DNA of 64,000 nucleotides, taken from Macrostomum lignano. Taxonomy: Eukaryota. The translations under genes and the position numbers were made by a program. Below, piece after piece: positions 60,834 through 64,000 of the stretch. Below the pieces are notes generated by a model. It saw only the letters and a list, made by a program, of their open reading frames with translations. It searched no databases and was not told the origin of the DNA. The stretch lies in the NCBI GenBank assembly GCA_002269645.1, contig NIVC01000094.1, positions 62,001 through 126,000 on the forward strand, read 5' to 3'. Every line of letters starts with the position of its first letter. The first letter of the stretch is position 1.

Positions 60834-61653
60834 CTTCGGGTGTGTCATAAGTGATGTCACTGCAGGCCTCTGTCTAAAATATGTAGGCACATGGACTTGT
60901 GGGTTAGTGTAGCTGCAAAGTATACTTAGTGAAGCAATAGCAGTGCATTTGAGACGTGCATAGGTTGTTTATGGCCCAAGCTATCGCAAGAATACGCCAA
61001 GCAGATTTAGCAAGTGCAACGCGATGAAAACTCGTCTATGCAGCGAACAAAAATAACCATGAATCTCGACAAGACGCCTGCACCTAGCAGATCCGCAAGG
61101 TGTTCAGCAGCCGGGGCTTGAATGACATCCTAAACTGCCTGGTTGCTGAGGATGAAAGCTGGCTCCACCTGGATGGCAAGGGCAGCAAGGCAGACAACCG
61201 CTGCTGGCTGGGAGCTGGGGTCTGCTGCCGACCGTGACCACGAGGTCCGTCTCGGACAAGAAGACCATGCTGCTGGTGGCCTTTACGCCAAACAAAGATG
61301 TCTCATCGAGGGTCAAACGTCACCTGCTACCTGCACGGCGAGTGAATCTGCTCTGACAGAGTCCCTACAGCCCGGACCTCAACTTGTGCGACAGATTTCT
61401 GTTCAAATGGCTGAAGGCTGACTTTTCCAAGAAGAGTTTCGCAAATCATGAAGAGGTCAAACAGGCCGCGTTGCACTGGTTATGGCTGTTGGATTAAACA
61501 CCTGCAGGCTGAGGTGGACAAGCTGTATGAGCACTGCCAGAGAGTGATTGATATTGGGGGACTCTATATTGTTGAGTGGCACAGTTTTGTTCATCTGCGA
61601 TTGAAAGTTCGTCTGTTTTCACATCAGTGACATAACTTTTGACACACCCGAAG
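60834..61653 (+). mobile_element. Internally deleted mariner element, 820 bp
   Basis: 29-bp TIR cttcgggtgtgtca(t/a)aagt(g/t)atgtcactg with 2 mismatches; TA TSD on both sides; decayed transposase PYSPDLNLCDRFLFKWLK...FANHEEVKQA...KLYEHCQRVIDIGGLYIVE. Confidence 0.9.
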
Positions 61654-61899
61654 TATTACTGCAGAGAAGAGCCAAGGCAAATCTGGACAGCCATTCCGGC
61701 TCAAACGGAAGACCCCACCGGACATGCTTTTGGAACCGAGACTAAATGTTAGCCTGCACTGCCTAGTGCGCTAATTTCGATTCAAGTAGAACCGAATCAC
61801 CAGGCAGTGCATGCAAATGAAAAGTCGGCACACCTGGGCCGCGTCATCGAGTCCTTCGATAATACAGTTCTGGCTAAGGTCTTTTAAATTCGTACTCAC

Positions 61900-62040
61900 C
61901 CTGCCCACGTAAATGGACAGGGTGCGCGCGGACTCCTCCAGCTTGGCCCGCCGTTCGAGTATCGGGTGCTGGCCGTAATGCCTGGCCGCCCTGATGCAGC
62001 TGCAGATGTCGGCGCAGGCATCCGCGCCGTCCTCGTAGCC
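61900..62040 (-). CDS. Uncharacterised C2H2 zinc-finger protein, exon 2
   Basis: gtgcag|GYEDGADACADICSCIRAARHYGQHPILERRAKLEESARTLSIYVGR|gtgagt; phase 0 matches exon 1. Further small exons at 61869-61834 and 61741-61660 are possible. Confidence 0.6.
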
Positions 62041-62169
62041 CTGCACGATTGGGAAAGTTGATCAATGAACACTTAACTTCTGTATTTGTCCTACTAGCAA
62101 TTAGAAAAATATTTTATTGCGCGATTCTAGAAAACGGAGTTTCATTTAAAATGCGATTCTTTCTAAGAA

Positions 62170-62892
62170 GCAAAAATCTAATTGTGATTCTAAGAAACCA
62201 AATATATACAAATGTGATTCTAAGAAACCAAATATCTACAAATGTAATTCTAAGAAACCAAATATCTACAAATGTGATTCTAAGAAACCAAATATCTACA
62301 AATGTGATTCTAATAAACCAAATATCTACTAATGTGATTCTAAGAAACCAAATTATCTACCAATGTAATTCTAAGAAACCAAATATCTACTAATGTGATT
62401 CTAAGAAACCAAATTATCTACCAATGTAATTCTAAGAAACCAAATATCTACAAACGTGATTCTAAGAAACCAAATATCTACTTATGTGATTGTAAGAAAC
62501 CAAATATCTACAAATGTGATTCTAAGAAACCAAATATCTACTAATGTAATTCTAAGAAACTGAATATCTACAAATGTGATTCTTAGAAACTGAATATCTA
62601 CAAATGTGATTCTAAGAAACTGAATATCTACAAACGTGATTCTAAGAAACCAAATATCTACAAATGTGATTCAAAGAAACCAAATATCTACAAATGTGAT
62701 TCAAAGAAACCAAATATCTACAAATGTGATTCTAAGAAACCAAATATCTACAAATGTAATTCTAAGAAACCAAATATCTACAAATGTGATTCTAAGAAAC
62801 CAAATATCTACAAATGTAATTCTAAGAAACCAAATATCTACAAATGTGATTCTAAGAAACCAAATATCTACTAATGTGATTCTAAGAAACCA
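62170..62892. repeat. 30-bp AT-rich minisatellite aatgtgattctaagaaaccaaatatctaca in the zinc-finger gene intron
   Basis: About 24 units. Confidence 0.95.
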
Positions 62893-62959
62893 AATATCTA
62901 CTAATGTGATTCCATATAACCCAATAAAGCAGATGTCATTAAGCAATCAATTTAATCAC

Positions 62960-63721
62960 CTGAGCATTGGGACGCAGCAGCTGAACGGACAAAGCGAACA
63001 GCCTGCCAGCCAGGTGCGACGGTGCGAGCTCAGCTCCGGCCCGACGCGCCACATCTTCGCCGAGCTGAAAGATCAGCTCGATCTGGCGGCCGATCGACAA
63101 TTGTCTATTGTCCAAGTGCTCAGCCAGCACCACGGCGGCATCGAACACCCGCGTGGCATAGGACGGCACAGCACTGCCAGACTCGCCAGCCGCTAGGAAC
63201 TCCTGGTAGATGGCGGCGAGGCTGGCAAACTGCTCGCTAGCTGGGTAGTTCAGATACCCGTCGTGGTGCAGCGGCAGCCGGCGAGTTAGGTCGGGCTTGA
63301 GCTCAACAACCGGCAGCAGCTGGCTGCAGGGCTCGTTTGTCAGATCAACGCTGCTAGGCAGCGACTCGGGCGATTGTCGCGGGCGCTTCAGAGATGGGCC
63401 CGGCTGGCGCTGACGGAGGGCAACAGCGGTGGTGGAGGCGGCTACAGCAGAGCTGCTGGCGGGCCAAGCTGGAGGCTGCTGTTGCTGTTGCCGGCTCCTC
63501 AGAACATTGCGAAGGTCACTCGGCTCGATATTGAACTGATCATGGGGTTCAGTTTGATGACACAAGCGCATGTGCTCAGCAAGCTCGGTAAAATTGTAAA
63601 ACTTTATGTCGCCACACTCGCCGCAGTGCAGCGTGACGCTGCTCAGCTCGTGGACGAGGGCAGCGTCGCTTTCGCTTTCAAAAATCAGTTGAAGTTGATC
63701 GCCGAATTTGGCAAATTTCAT
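62960..63721 (-). CDS. Uncharacterised protein with a single N-terminal C2H2 zinc finger, exon 1
   Basis: ATG 63721; CGECGDIKFYNFTELAEHMRLCH (C-x2-C-x13-H-x4-H); GC-rich 254-codon open exon ending CAG|gtgatt. Confidence 0.7.
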
Positions 63722-63727
63722 GGCAGC

Positions 63728-64000
63728 AGAATGGGTCAGACTGTAGAATTAGCTGAGGCAATGGGTCAGACTGCAGAATTAGCTGAGAGAATGGGTCAGA
63801 CTGCAGAATTAGCTGAGAGAATGGGTCAGACTGCAGAATTAGCTGAGAGAATGGGTCAGACTGCAGAATTAGCTGAGGGAATGGGTCAGACTGCAGAATT
63901 AGCTGAGAGAATGGGTCAGACTGCAGAATTAGCTGAGGGAATGGGTCAGAATGCAGAATTAGCTGAGGGAATGGGTCAGACTGCAGAATTAGCTGAGGGA
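63728..64000. repeat. 30-bp minisatellite ctgcagaattagctgagagaatgggtcaga (runs off the window)
   Basis: On the - strand each unit carries ttctgcag|tctgacccattc, a copy of the acceptor upstream of ATG 63721. Confidence 0.93.

Overview
Eukaryotic (metazoan) genomic DNA with GC-rich exons and introns/intergenic DNA packed with locus-private minisatellites; this style suggests a free-living flatworm such as Macrostomum (inference only). Contents, left to right: the last exon of an NK2-class homeobox gene (Nkx2.1/scarecrow-like, + strand, with a probable 1-bp homopolymer frameshift); a ~3.4-kb near-identical tandem duplication and large satellite blocks (7.6-23.5 kb); a tandem pair of two-exon class I SAM-methyltransferase genes on the - strand (one intact, 275 aa; one internally deleted and mosaic); a 7-exon RBBP6 orthologue (773 aa) whose introns hold an intact RTE-type non-LTR retrotransposon (with an HDV-like ribozyme signature at its 5' end) and two stacked 8-bp-TSD DNA elements; a second ~1.2-kb duplication; a 5-exon MBTPS1/site-1 protease (1049 aa) whose first intron is largely made of amplified copies of its own 3' splice junction; a 1.35-kb pyrimidine tract; a deleted mariner; and an uncharacterised C2H2 zinc-finger gene. 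Most long ORFs in the supplied track are artefacts of tandem repeats. All gene models and counts were derived by eye.
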